DNA of 64,000 nucleotides from Alphaproteobacteria bacterium (GTDB lineage Bacteria > Pseudomonadota > Alphaproteobacteria > MPNO01 > UBA830), in contig OZ251539.1 in assembly GCA_965243135.1 (NCBI GenBank), forward strand, positions 5,824,001-5,888,000, in the 5' to 3' direction. Under the pieces are notes generated by a model. It saw only the letters and a program-made list of their open reading frames with translations. It was not told the DNA's origin and did no database searches. The stretch's first letter is position 1; every line of letters starts with the position of its first letter. Positions 41,264 through 51,144 of the stretch are shown in pieces. The position numbers and the translations under genes are program-made.

Positions 41264-42393
41264 TCGGACCGAACCCGGAAAACGGCCATGATCCACAGAG
41301 AACACTTTTGGCGAGATCCAGATGCTGTCGGAACAGAAGCGGCAAGGACGCCCGCGAGTCAAAGTCGATCTTGAAGTAAGTTCCCGGCTTCGTGACGCAA
41401 CCTGCCGTGGGCACTATGGGCGCGATGATTGCCTGACTCTGGCCGTTGAAGCCGGGACTCGCCGGTTCTTCCTCGTTGTAGGGCGATAATTTTGCCATTA
41501 GATTTCTGGAAAATCGACTTGGAGAGCGAACTATGCGCGGACTTCCCAAGCGCATTATCGACCATGCTGCGGCCTTGGCTGCGCCGCCGTGTCCGGCTGG
41601 CCCGCTTCACCTCGGCAATCTCGCGGCAGTCGATCAGCGTTGTCTCGTTTCGCGCGATCAGGCGATCTGATGCGCGTTTGCCAAGGCGTGCGCCTGATCG
41701 AGATCCGTTTCGGTCTTCGGGCCCCCGCGACGGCAAGGCGCTCGCCACTCTGTCGTCGCTGTTGTCTTCTGCCGCCAAGAGCGGTGCCGCGGCGAGCGTT
41801 TGTCTGGGCACTGGTAAGATCTCGCGCGCCTCGACGAGGCAGGAATCGCTGCAAGGGCGCTCGCCTATCATGTCCTCGCGCTATCGGTTGTCCGCCGCAA
41901 GACGATGTTCTTTGCCGGGAACGATGCCCGCAGCGGGCGGGTCGCCTACGAGGCCGCGCCTCGGGATACCTTCGGCCCGTTCCCGAAGGGGTTGGGCGCA
42001 CGGTGTTCGCCGATGACTGCGCGAAGATGCTGACCGACAGCATGCCGCTCAACGAGAGCGAGCCGGAGCGGTGCGCGCAACCTGAGGCACGCGCCAACGT
42101 TCCGCGGTCGAGGAACAGCTGATGGAGGTATTCGCCTTTCGCGAAGAAAACGTCGGCAAATTCGAGCGGTTTTCGCGAAACTTCACAAACGCCCGAGCCG
42201 AGGACACCTCCCGCGAGGTCGATGCAGTCAGCATGTCCGCATGTTGGAAATCGACAGCGGTGCGCGAGCCGTCCTGTCACGCTGGCCGACTGCCGACTCG
42301 CTATCGTTCCAGAAGGAATGGAGCCCGCGCCGAGGCTGCAACGTGACCCGCACGGCCAAGAACCATGGCGCGGTAAAGCAGTCTCCTTAGACA

Positions 42394-45300
42394 ATGACGC
42401 GGAGTCCATCATCTGCCGACGCGGACGTCATTGTCGACAACCAAGAACGCAACGTAGCGGATTTCCTGCGCGACAGCATCGAGCCCGGGGCAGACCTGTC
42501 TTTCGTCTCGGCCTATTTCACGATCTACGCGTACGAAGCCATGCGCGATGCCCTGGAAACCGCTGGACGCATGCGCTTTCTCTTTGGCGAGCCGACGGCC
42601 GTTGGCGCGCCGGACCCCGGCGGAAACGAAGGCAAGTCTTTCCACCTGAACGAAGACGGCGACATGGCGCTGAAACAAGTCCTCGCCCAGAAGCCGCTGG
42701 CCCGCGCCTGCGCCGCCTGGATCCGGCGACAAGTCGAGATTCGAACGATCAAACGCGCCAATTTCTTACATGGCAAGCTCTATCACGTGGCACAAGCTGA
42801 CAAGACCGCGGCACTCGCCGGCAGTTCCAACTTCACTCTGCGGGGACTCGGCTTCGGCGCTACGCCCAATGTCGAGCTCAACCTGGACGTACGCCGCGAA
42901 GAGGATCGCACGGCACTTCTCGACTGGTTCGACGACTTGTGGCGCGATGAAGGCCTCACTCGCGACGCCAAGACCGATGTCCTTGCAGCGCTTGACCGAT
43001 TGGGCCGACCTTATTCGCCTGAGTTCGTCTATTACAAGACACTCTTCCATGTCTTCGAAGGCTGGCTGGAGAGACATGGCGAGCAAGACGGCCTGCTCCT
43101 CGACATCCATCTTCACGATACGGAGATTTGGAAAGCTCTCTATGCGTTTCAAAGGGACGGCGCGACCAGCGCGATCAACCGTCTTCTACGCCACAACGGC
43201 TGTATCGTCGCTGACAGCGTGGGCCTCGGAAAGACCTGGACGGCACTGGCCGTCATCAAGTTCTTCGAATTGCGCAACGAGCGGGTCCTTGTCCTCTGTC
43301 CCAAGCGGCTCGAAGATAATTGGGTCCGCTATACCGCTTGGGCAGCGTCACGCAACAACCCCTTCGAGAAGGACCGTCTGAACTACGCGGTGCGCGCGCA
43401 CACGGACCTCAGCCGTTACGACGGATGGGCCGGAGCGATCGATCTCGCCCAATTCAACTGGGGTTCGTTCGATCTGATCGTCATCGACGAATCCCACAAC
43501 TTCCGCAACGAAGGTCGGGATCGGCGGGACGACGCCGGCAACCTTGTCAGGCGTAGCCGCTACAACCGCCTGCTCGACGAGGCACTGAAGGGCGGAGTGC
43601 AGACCAAGGTGTTGATGCTATCCGCGACCCCGGTCAACACCAGCTTGCGAGACCTTCGAAACCAAATCTACCTCATGACCGAGAGGCGCGAAGACGCGTT
43701 TCGAGAAGCGCTTGGAATCGGAAACATCCAGTCGATGTTCGCCGTCGCTCAACGCGAGTTTCAGCAATGGGAAAAGACGCGTATCGGCGGCCGAAAACCG
43801 GATAAAGCGTCCCTTCTCGAAAGGCTTGGCGGGGACTTCCTGACTCTGCTCGACGCAGTGTCGTTCGCCCGCTCGCGCGAACATGTTCGCCGTTACTATC
43901 CCGAAGTGACGTCAGCCATTGGCGGCTTTCCACTGCGATCTCAACCGCGAAACCTGCATCCAGCGACGGACAGCGAGGGAGAGCTATCCTACGACGACCT
44001 TCATCGTCGCATCGGGAAATTCCAGCTCGCAGTCTACATGCCCTCACAGTATCTGAAGGATACGTCGATCCTGGACGAGGAGAAGGCGACACTGCGTTTC
44101 GACCAGCGGGACCGGGAGCGTTTCCTGATCGGCATGATGCGAGTCAACCTACTGAAGCGTTTGGAAAGCTCGGTGCATGCGTTCACGCTGACGATGCGCC
44201 GCATCCTGGACAAGATGGACAACCTTGATCGCGTGATCGAGGCATGGCGGGAACGCGGCGAGTCGGAAGAGATCGACTCGCGCCCGGACGAGGACGAGGA
44301 GGACGAGGAGTTTGCGATCGGAAAGGGACGGCGCTACCGGCTCGACGAGCTCGACGTCGAAAGATGGCAGCGGGACATTCACGAGGATAGGAAGGTTTTC
44401 GAGGAGTTGCACCGCCGGGCGGAGCAAGTCACCATAGATCGCGACGACAAGTTTGCAGAACTGAGACGGGTATTGAGGCGCAAAGTCGAGGAAGCGCCGC
44501 TCGACATGGATGGGCGCGCCAACCGCAAAGTGCTCGTATTCACTACATTCGCCGATACCGCACGCTATCTATACGGCCATCTTGAAGAATGGGTACGCGA
44601 CGAACTCGGCGTTCATATCGCTCTCGTCACCGGCGGCGACAGCAACCGGAGCACTGCGGGAACATCGCGGTTCATCGATATCCTGACGCGGTTCGCCCCG
44701 AGGGCACAGCAGGCGGAGAGCGAGAACGAAGAAATCGACATCGTCATCGCGACCGACTGCCTGTCAGAGGGCCAGAATCTTCAAGACTGCGATTTGGTGG
44801 TCAACTACGACATCCACTGGAATCCCGTGCGGTTGATGCAGCGATTCGGGAGGATCGACCGACTAGGGAGCCGCAACCGGCAGGTTGCAATGACTAATTT
44901 CTGGCCTACCGCTGACCTTGACCGCTATCTGGATCTGAAAAATCGCGTCGAGGCGCGTATGGCGCTTGCCGACGCCGCGGCGACCGGTCTAGACGACCCG
45001 CTCAATCGGGAGCGTCGGACCGAGGACGAGCAGAGAGAAAACGCGCAGATGGAACTCGCCTTCCGTGACCGGCAGCTGACCCGCATGCGCGAGGAGATTC
45101 TCGATGTTGAGGAGGCGGACGATGGCGTTGGCCTGAACGACCTTACGCTGGACGACTTCATCGCCGACCTGCTGCACTTTATCCAGCGAAACCGCGTTGC
45201 GCTTGAAGCCGCGCCGCTCGGCATTCATGCGGTCGTGTGCGAGAGCGCGGCGACCAGTTCGGACCGCCCACCGGAATCGGCGCGGCAGGGAGCGATCTTC

Positions 45301-45708
45301 TGTCTAAAGCATAAGGGCGCCCCGACAGCGAGAACGCCGAACAGGCTCTGGCCTTACTTCCTGGTGTATGTCCGAGATGACGGCAGCGTGCGCTACACTT
45401 TCCGGCAAGCTCGGCAATGTCTCGCCCTGTTCCAGGCGCTGGCCGCCGGACGGCCCGAGGCGGTATTGGCGTTGGAGGACGCCTTTGATCAAGAAACTGG
45501 CCAAGGCCGATGTATGGAAAAATATGATGATATGCTTGCCGCAGCGCTGCGCAGTATTGCCGGTACTTTCCGGGATGCAGAACTCGTCGGGCTGAGTCGA
45601 GACCGCGGAGCCGTGCTCACCGAGAAGTCGCAGCACCAAAAGCCAGCCGAGAATTTTACATTGATCACTTGGCTGGTCATTACCAATATCGAGGCACGAC
45701 CGCAATGA
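42394..45708 (+). CDS. SNF2-family helicase with N-terminal phospholipase D-like nuclease domain
   Basis: HGKLY...GSSNFT (PLD), ADSVGLGKT, DESHN, LSATP, SEGQNLQ, HWNPVRLMQRFGRIDR. Confidence 0.9.
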   Translation: MTRSPSSADADVIVDNQERNVADFLRDSIEPGADLSFVSAYFTIYAYEAMRDALETAGRMRFLFGEPTAVGAPDPGGNEGKSFHLNEDGDMALKQVLAQKPLARACAAWIRRQVEIRTIKRANFLHGKLYHVAQADKTAALAGSSNFTLRGLGFGATPNVELNLDVRREEDRTALLDWFDDLWRDEGLTRDAKTDVLAALDRLGRPYSPEFVYYKTLFHVFEGWLERHGEQDGLLLDIHLHDTEIWKALYAFQRDGATSAINRLLRHNGCIVADSVGLGKTWTALAVIKFFELRNERVLVLCPKRLEDNWVRYTAWAASRNNPFEKDRLNYAVRAHTDLSRYDGWAGAIDLAQFNWGSFDLIVIDESHNFRNEGRDRRDDAGNLVRRSRYNRLLDEALKGGVQTKVLMLSATPVNTSLRDLRNQIYLMTERREDAFREALGIGNIQSMFAVAQREFQQWEKTRIGGRKPDKASLLERLGGDFLTLLDAVSFARSREHVRRYYPEVTSAIGGFPLRSQPRNLHPATDSEGELSYDDLHRRIGKFQLAVYMPSQYLKDTSILDEEKATLRFDQRDRERFLIGMMRVNLLKRLESSVHAFTLTMRRILDKMDNLDRVIEAWRERGESEEIDSRPDEDEEDEEFAIGKGRRYRLDELDVERWQRDIHEDRKVFEELHRRAEQVTIDRDDKFAELRRVLRRKVEEAPLDMDGRANRKVLVFTTFADTARYLYGHLEEWVRDELGVHIALVTGGDSNRSTAGTSRFIDILTRFAPRAQQAESENEEIDIVIATDCLSEGQNLQDCDLVVNYDIHWNPVRLMQRFGRIDRLGSRNRQVAMTNFWPTADLDRYLDLKNRVEARMALADAAATGLDDPLNRERRTEDEQRENAQMELAFRDRQLTRMREEILDVEEADDGVGLNDLTLDDFIADLLHFIQRNRVALEAAPLGIHAVVCESAATSSDRPPESARQGAIFCLKHKGAPTARTPNRLWPYFLVYVRDDGSVRYTFRQARQCLALFQALAAGRPEAVLALEDAFDQETGQGRCMEKYDDMLAAALRSIAGTFRDAELVGLSRDRGAVLTEKSQHQKPAENFTLITWLVITNIEARPQ

Positions 45709-48700
45709 CTGACACACCGATCCATTCCCTGCACTCAGCGCTGGTCGATCTCGCAGGCCCGAATCCATTGCGAGCTGGAGCGGCGGAATTGCTGAACATC
45801 CTCGGTTACCGGAGCGACCGGACAGCGGATGCAGGCAGCGTCGAGGAATTTAAGAAACGCTTCGCGACCGATAGCGAGCTGACCGAAAAGCAGCGTGATT
45901 TGTTCGACTCATGGACCGCCGTCGACATCGTGTATCAGTTCACCTTAGAAGAGGTAGCCCGGCAATCCGAGCCGTTCGAGACCGCTAGCTTCGATAAGAG
46001 CCGGATCAAGTCTTTCCTGTTCCTTGCCGTGGACATGTCGGGCGACGCCTACGCGCGTACGTATTTGGCGGAAACGACCCGCACCGTGAATCGCCTCTTC
46101 GCAATGCCGGTCATCCTTCTATTTCGTCACGGTTCGACCTTGACACTTGCCACCATCCATCGGCGCGCTCACAGGCGGGACGATGACCTCGACGTGTTGA
46201 CCAAGGTTACGTTGGTCAAGGACATCCGCATCCACAGTCCGCACCGCGCCCATATCGAGATTCTTTCCGACCTCGCTTTCCCTCGCATGGTCAAGTCGGG
46301 CGTCAGCAGTTTCGACGGCCTGCACGCGGAGTGGGAACGGACGCTCGACATCGAAACGTTAAACAAACGTTTCTACCGCGAGCTGTTCTCCTGGTTCGAG
46401 CGGGTAGTCGCCGAGTGCCGCTTCCCTAACGACGGCGCAGGGGAAGGCGGTGCAGAACGGCATGTCATCCGGTTGATCACACGCCTTCTCTTTATTTGGT
46501 TTCTGAAGGAGAAGGGTCTAATACCCGAAGAATTGTTCGAGGAAAAGTTCGCTCGTTCCACGCTAAGGAATCATGCGCCGGAGCGGACAGACTACTACCG
46601 CGCAATCCTGCAAAACTTGTTCTTCGCCACCTTGAACACCGAGATCTGCAGACGACGTTTTGGCAGTCAAGGGGAACCGGAGAAACCTGAATTCAACGAA
46701 TATCGCTACCGCGACCTTCTGGCCGATCCGGACGCCTTTGCCAAAAGCCTGCAGGAGGTCCCGTTCGTAAATGGCGGGCTGTTCGATTGCCTGGACGATT
46801 TCGCAGCCGTCAGCTCGGACGGCGGGCTGGTCGACGCTTTCGCAGACGATCCGGTCCACCACAGAGAATTGTGCGTTCCTGCGCGCCTGTTTTTTGACGA
46901 GAAAGGACTGTTCGCGTTCTTCCGACATTACAAGTTCACGATCGAGGAGGGCACACCGCTCGACCGAGAGGTCGCTCTCGACCCCGAACTTCTAGGCCGC
47001 GTTTTCGAGAATCTTCTGGCTGCCTACAATCCGGAAACCCGCGCAACCGCCCGTAAAGCCACTGGCTCCTATTACACGCCCCGACCGGTGGTGGACTACA
47101 TGGTCCGTGAAGCTCTCACCGAGGCTCTAGCGGCCGTTACCAAGCCAGCGGACGGCGATATCGAATCCTGGCGCGACCGGCTCGAATATCTTCTCGACCA
47201 TTCCTCTGCGATGGACGACGCCGACAAATTCTTCAAAAAATCCGACAGGCGTGCCGTCGTGTCTGGCATCGCGGAGATTCGAACGCTCGATCCCGCGGTC
47301 GGTTCCGGGGCATTCCCTATGGGTATCCTTCAAACCCTCACCTTGGCGCTGCGCCGTCTTGACCCCGACAACGCGCTTTGGGAGGAAATTCAAAAGGAAC
47401 GAGCCATGGCGCGAGCCAGGCATGCGTTCGACACTCCGGACCAGACGTCGCGAGACGAAGCGCTGCGCGAAATCAGCGAGACATTTGAAAAATACCGGCA
47501 GTCGGACTTCGGCCGGAAGCTTTACCTCATTCAGAACGGCCTCTACGGCGTGGACATTCAGCCGATTGCCTGTCAGATCGCCAAACTGCGGGTTTTCATC
47601 TCGCTGCTCATCGAACAGCAGTCCGCCCCTGGTTTGCCAAATCTCGGCATCAAGCCGCTACCCAACCTGGAGACGCGACTGGTCGCCGCCGACAGTTTGC
47701 TCGACCTAAAGGCCGAAGCCACCGATCTGCTTCACGAGGACGCCTTGACGTCGAAGCAAAGGGAGATTGCGGCCGTACGCGAGCGTTACTTCCTGGCCGA
47801 CAGTCGGCCAATGAAACTCGACTGCATGCGGGAGGAGAAACGACTGCGCGGCGAATTGCGGCAGATTCTGGAGGCGAACCGCCGGGACTGGGTCGCAGCC
47901 CAAGAGCGGGATATCGAAAGCACGGCGGCGAGATTTCCCAACGAGGACGCACGCGAAACGTTCCGGGAAGAAGAGCGGCGCGAGCTCGCTCGACGGCTAT
48001 GCAAGTACGATAGGACTTTGGCCAGCGCCCGCATGATTGCCGAATGGGATCCGTACGATCAAAATGCCCACGCCGCTTGGTTCAACGCCGAGTACATGTT
48101 CGGTATTCACGAGGGTTTCGACGTAGTGGTCGGGAACCCGCCCTACATTCAGCTGCAAAAGGATGGCGGTTATGCCGGGAAATTCTACGCTGGTGCCGGA
48201 TATGAGACTTTCCAGAAAACGGGCGACATTTATCAGCTCTTTTACGAGCGCGGTTGTGGACTGCTCAAGCCGCAGACGGGCGTGTTAGCCTACATTACTT
48301 CCAACAGTTGGATGAAGGCGGAATACGGCAAACCACTTCGCCGGTGGTTCGCGGAACGCCACACGCCTCTGCAACTGATCGAATTGGGAAAGAACGTCTT
48401 CGAGAATGCGATAGTCGACACGGCGGTGCTGGTTGTCAGGAACGACAAGGACCAGCCTGTAACATGTCGCGCGGTGGATATCGAGGAGGAATCAGATGAC
48501 CGATTCCCACCGCTCAAACGAAACTGGGGGACGCTGCAACCGGAAGGTGAGAGGCCATGGATGGCTCTTTCCCAAGTCGAGCGGGCCATCATGAAAAAGA
48601 TGGAATCTGTTGGCACGCCGCTAAGGGAGTGGGATATCTCCATTTACTATGGAATAAAGACCGGCTGCAATGACGCGTTTGTTGTGGAAACCGCGGTGCG

Positions 48701-49381
48701 GGATCGGCTGATCAACCAAGACCCGGCCTCGGAGCAAATACTTAAACCGATCCTCCGAGGCCGCGATATAGCGCGTTACCATGCAAACTGGGCAGGACTG
48801 TGGCTGATTGATACGCACAACGGCTACGATGGCAATTACTCCCGATCGACGTCAACGATTATCCCGCGGTGAAAGCACACTTGGATAAATTCATTCGACG
48901 CCTTGAGCATCGTCAAGACCAAGGCGTCACGCCCTATAATCTCCGTAATTGCGCTTACCATGAGGATTTCAAAGGTCCCAAGCTCCTGTGGAAGGAAATG
49001 ACAGACCAAGGTTCCTTCGCATACAGTGAGACGGAGGTTTACACAAACAACAAAGCCTATATGATGACTGGCGAGCACCTGAGGTATCTTTGTGCTGTAC
49101 TAAACGGATCAGCCATATCTTGGCTGGTGGCAAAAATCGGGCTGACCACCGGAATGGGACTCATCCAATGGACGAAATTCGTTGTCGAGCAGATACCGAT
49201 TGTTCGACCTGATGAGCAGACGTTGCAGATCATCGGAGATAAGGTCACGCGTCTGACCGCCTCTCTAGATGCTGGAGATAAGCAGGAAGCCTTGGTAATC
49301 CAAGCCGAAATCGACAGCGATGTTTGCGAGCTATACGGCTTGTCAGGTCGACAAATCAAGGCATTGCGTAGAGCGAAGTAG
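45705..49381 (+). CDS. Eco57I/Type IIG-like N6-adenine methyltransferase with TaqI_C-like TRD (allele A); 1-nt frameshift at ~48840
   Basis: GSYYTP, LDPAVGSGAF, YGVDI, GNPPY; frame breaks at DGNY / PIDVNDYPAVKAHLD; ATGA-coupled to the helicase. Confidence 0.88.
48638..48808 (+). repeat. 171-bp inverted repeat, left copy (inside the MTase gene)
   Basis: Exact reverse complement of 49975-50145 by base-by-base comparison. Confidence 0.95.
48946..48962 (+). repeat. 17-bp nested inverted repeat, left copy
   Basis: TAATTGCGCTTACCATG; reverse complement at 49795-49811; both copies encode NCAYH. Confidence 0.85.
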
Positions 49382-49794
49382 CTCTTCTAATTCCCTTTTC
49401 TCCTCCTTTGTGATGCCGTAGCTCTCATACACGATGGCTTCGATCTCCGGTTCGATTTCCTGAAAATATGCACTACCCTCATCTAATTCTCTACGCAGTA
49501 AATCGTCGACAAGACCTTCAAGGTGAAGGCCTTCTGGAACGGACTTTGGTACAGGGATTCCTTCTACCACATACGCGATCCACCTCGCGGTTCCCATTCC
49601 GGATGTCACCGCTGTCTTGTTCACATACCAAGTGATCAGAGATGAGTTTAGAAAGGCAGCCAACTGCTTCAGCAATGGGCCACGCATAACGTACGCAGTA
49701 TTGGCACAAAACATCTCTGCTCCGGCGGGTGCGTAGGAAAACCTGCCCTCTGGAGTTAAATCCATCCAAAATAGCTTCTCTTCGGAAAACTGTG

Positions 49795-49811
49795 CATGGT
49801 AAGCGCAATTA
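49795..49811 (-). repeat. 17-bp nested inverted repeat, right copy
   Basis: CATGGTAAGCGCAATTA. Confidence 0.85.
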
Positions 49812-49974
49812 TCTTGAGAGTTCGTACCACGCATTGGATGTCTTCTTCCTTGACCGACCTCCTCCTGGCAATCGGCGTCCTTCCTGTGCCAACCGTTCTT
49901 TGCCAAAAGACAATAGATGTCGCTTGATCGCCGGATAATTGTCGATGTCCAGATTGAGGGACGGAAACGTCGAT

Positions 49975-50145
49975 ATCAGCCACAGTCCTGCCCAGTTTGC
50001 ATGGTAACGCGCTATATCGCGGCCTCGGAGGATCGGTTTAAGTATTTGCTCCGAGGCCGGGTCTTGGTTGATCAGCCGATCCCGCACCGCGGTTTCCACA
50101 ACAAACGCGTCATTGCAGCCGGTCTTTATTCCATAGTAAATGGAG
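49975..50145 (-). repeat. 171-bp inverted repeat, right copy
   Basis: Exact reverse complement of 48638-48808. Confidence 0.95.
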
Positions 50146-50156
50146 GTATCGACGAA

Positions 50157-51090
50157 GGTAATGTCACGACTTTATGTGTGAGAAAGAAAAGGGTGGTTAT
50201 TTCTTGTTGTGTAACGTACCCCAAGCCGCAGGCCGCACGACAACGCCCCGCAAATCGAGAATTTTTTCGCGGCAGCGCTCGCCGTTCAAGAGCTCGGGAG
50301 CGCGACGCCGAGGGCACGCCCTGTTTTCACGCCGCGCTGTTCGTGCTCGGAACGTTATGTCGCAGCATGATAGCGGTGCGCGTCCAGAGGTCCCATACTC
50401 AAGGTTGCACGCTACAGGGCGGCAGCCGCCGATCATGAGCGTTTGTCTTGGGAGGCGCCCATGGGGCAGGTTCGTCGCCGAACCTCGCGGAAACGGCACT
50501 CAATGACGTTTGTAGTGCTGACCTGTTGGCGCTGGTCTGTGTATCAGAAGCAGGCCGGCAGGAGATCGTCGCGCAAGTAGGCGGCGGTCTTGGGGTAGAC
50601 ATCTTGCACGCGTCTGGCTAAACGCTCGGCGGCGCGCCGGGCCTTGGTGCGGTCGAGGGCGAAAGCGTGGAGATCCCGCTGACGGCCGGGCTTTGCGAAC
50701 CTTGTCGATGACCTTCCTGAGCTTGTGCGCTCAGCGGCGCTGGACCGGGATTCCAACGGTGGTCAAGGCTGCCATCGAGCCTTGACCACCGTCGATGCAG
50801 ATCATCTCCAGACCTTCGCCGGTCAACCCACGGGCAAAGAAAGAAGTGTTTCCGCAACGCTCTCGGCTCTCACGCCCCTCAATGATCTCCGCCAAGACCG
50901 GCGGCCCAGAGGGCGGTAGCCCTCGCTCCAGTCCAGCCCTTCGGTTCGCATTGCCTTCACGACCTCGAATCCCTCCTGTAGGTTCTTGATCGTCGCAGTC
51001 TTCAGCATCGGGGTGCTCCTTATTCGTGATTGTCGCCTGACCGCAGCGAGTGCCTCTTTTCCCGGCTGACACATAATTTGATACATCACC
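50157..51090 (-). mobile_element. Decayed IS256-family element
   Basis: Ends GGTAATGTCACGACTTTATGTGT and (rc) GGTGATGTATCAAATTATGTGT; flanks ATCGACGAA/ACCGACGAA; transposase fragments GLEMICIDGGQG, IECRFREVRRRT. Confidence 0.8.
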
Positions 51091-51144
51091 ACCGACGAAC
51101 CGGATGTCCTACTGCGCCCCTTGCCTCAATAGGGGGATTATCGC

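Larger units (their letters stand above)
49343..50145 (-). other. Silent alternative TRD cassette (allele B); 1-nt frameshift at ~49818
   Basis: Repeat-encoded SIYYGIKTG...WAGLWLI, then ISTFPSLNLDIDNYPAIKRHL...QDNCAYH...KLFWMDL...GMGTARW; no MTase N-terminus upstream. Confidence 0.85.

Noticed and set aside
48638-50145. Repeat pair as a DGR template/variable repeat
   Set aside because: Copies are identical and inverted, with no adenine-specific mismatches and no reverse transcriptase
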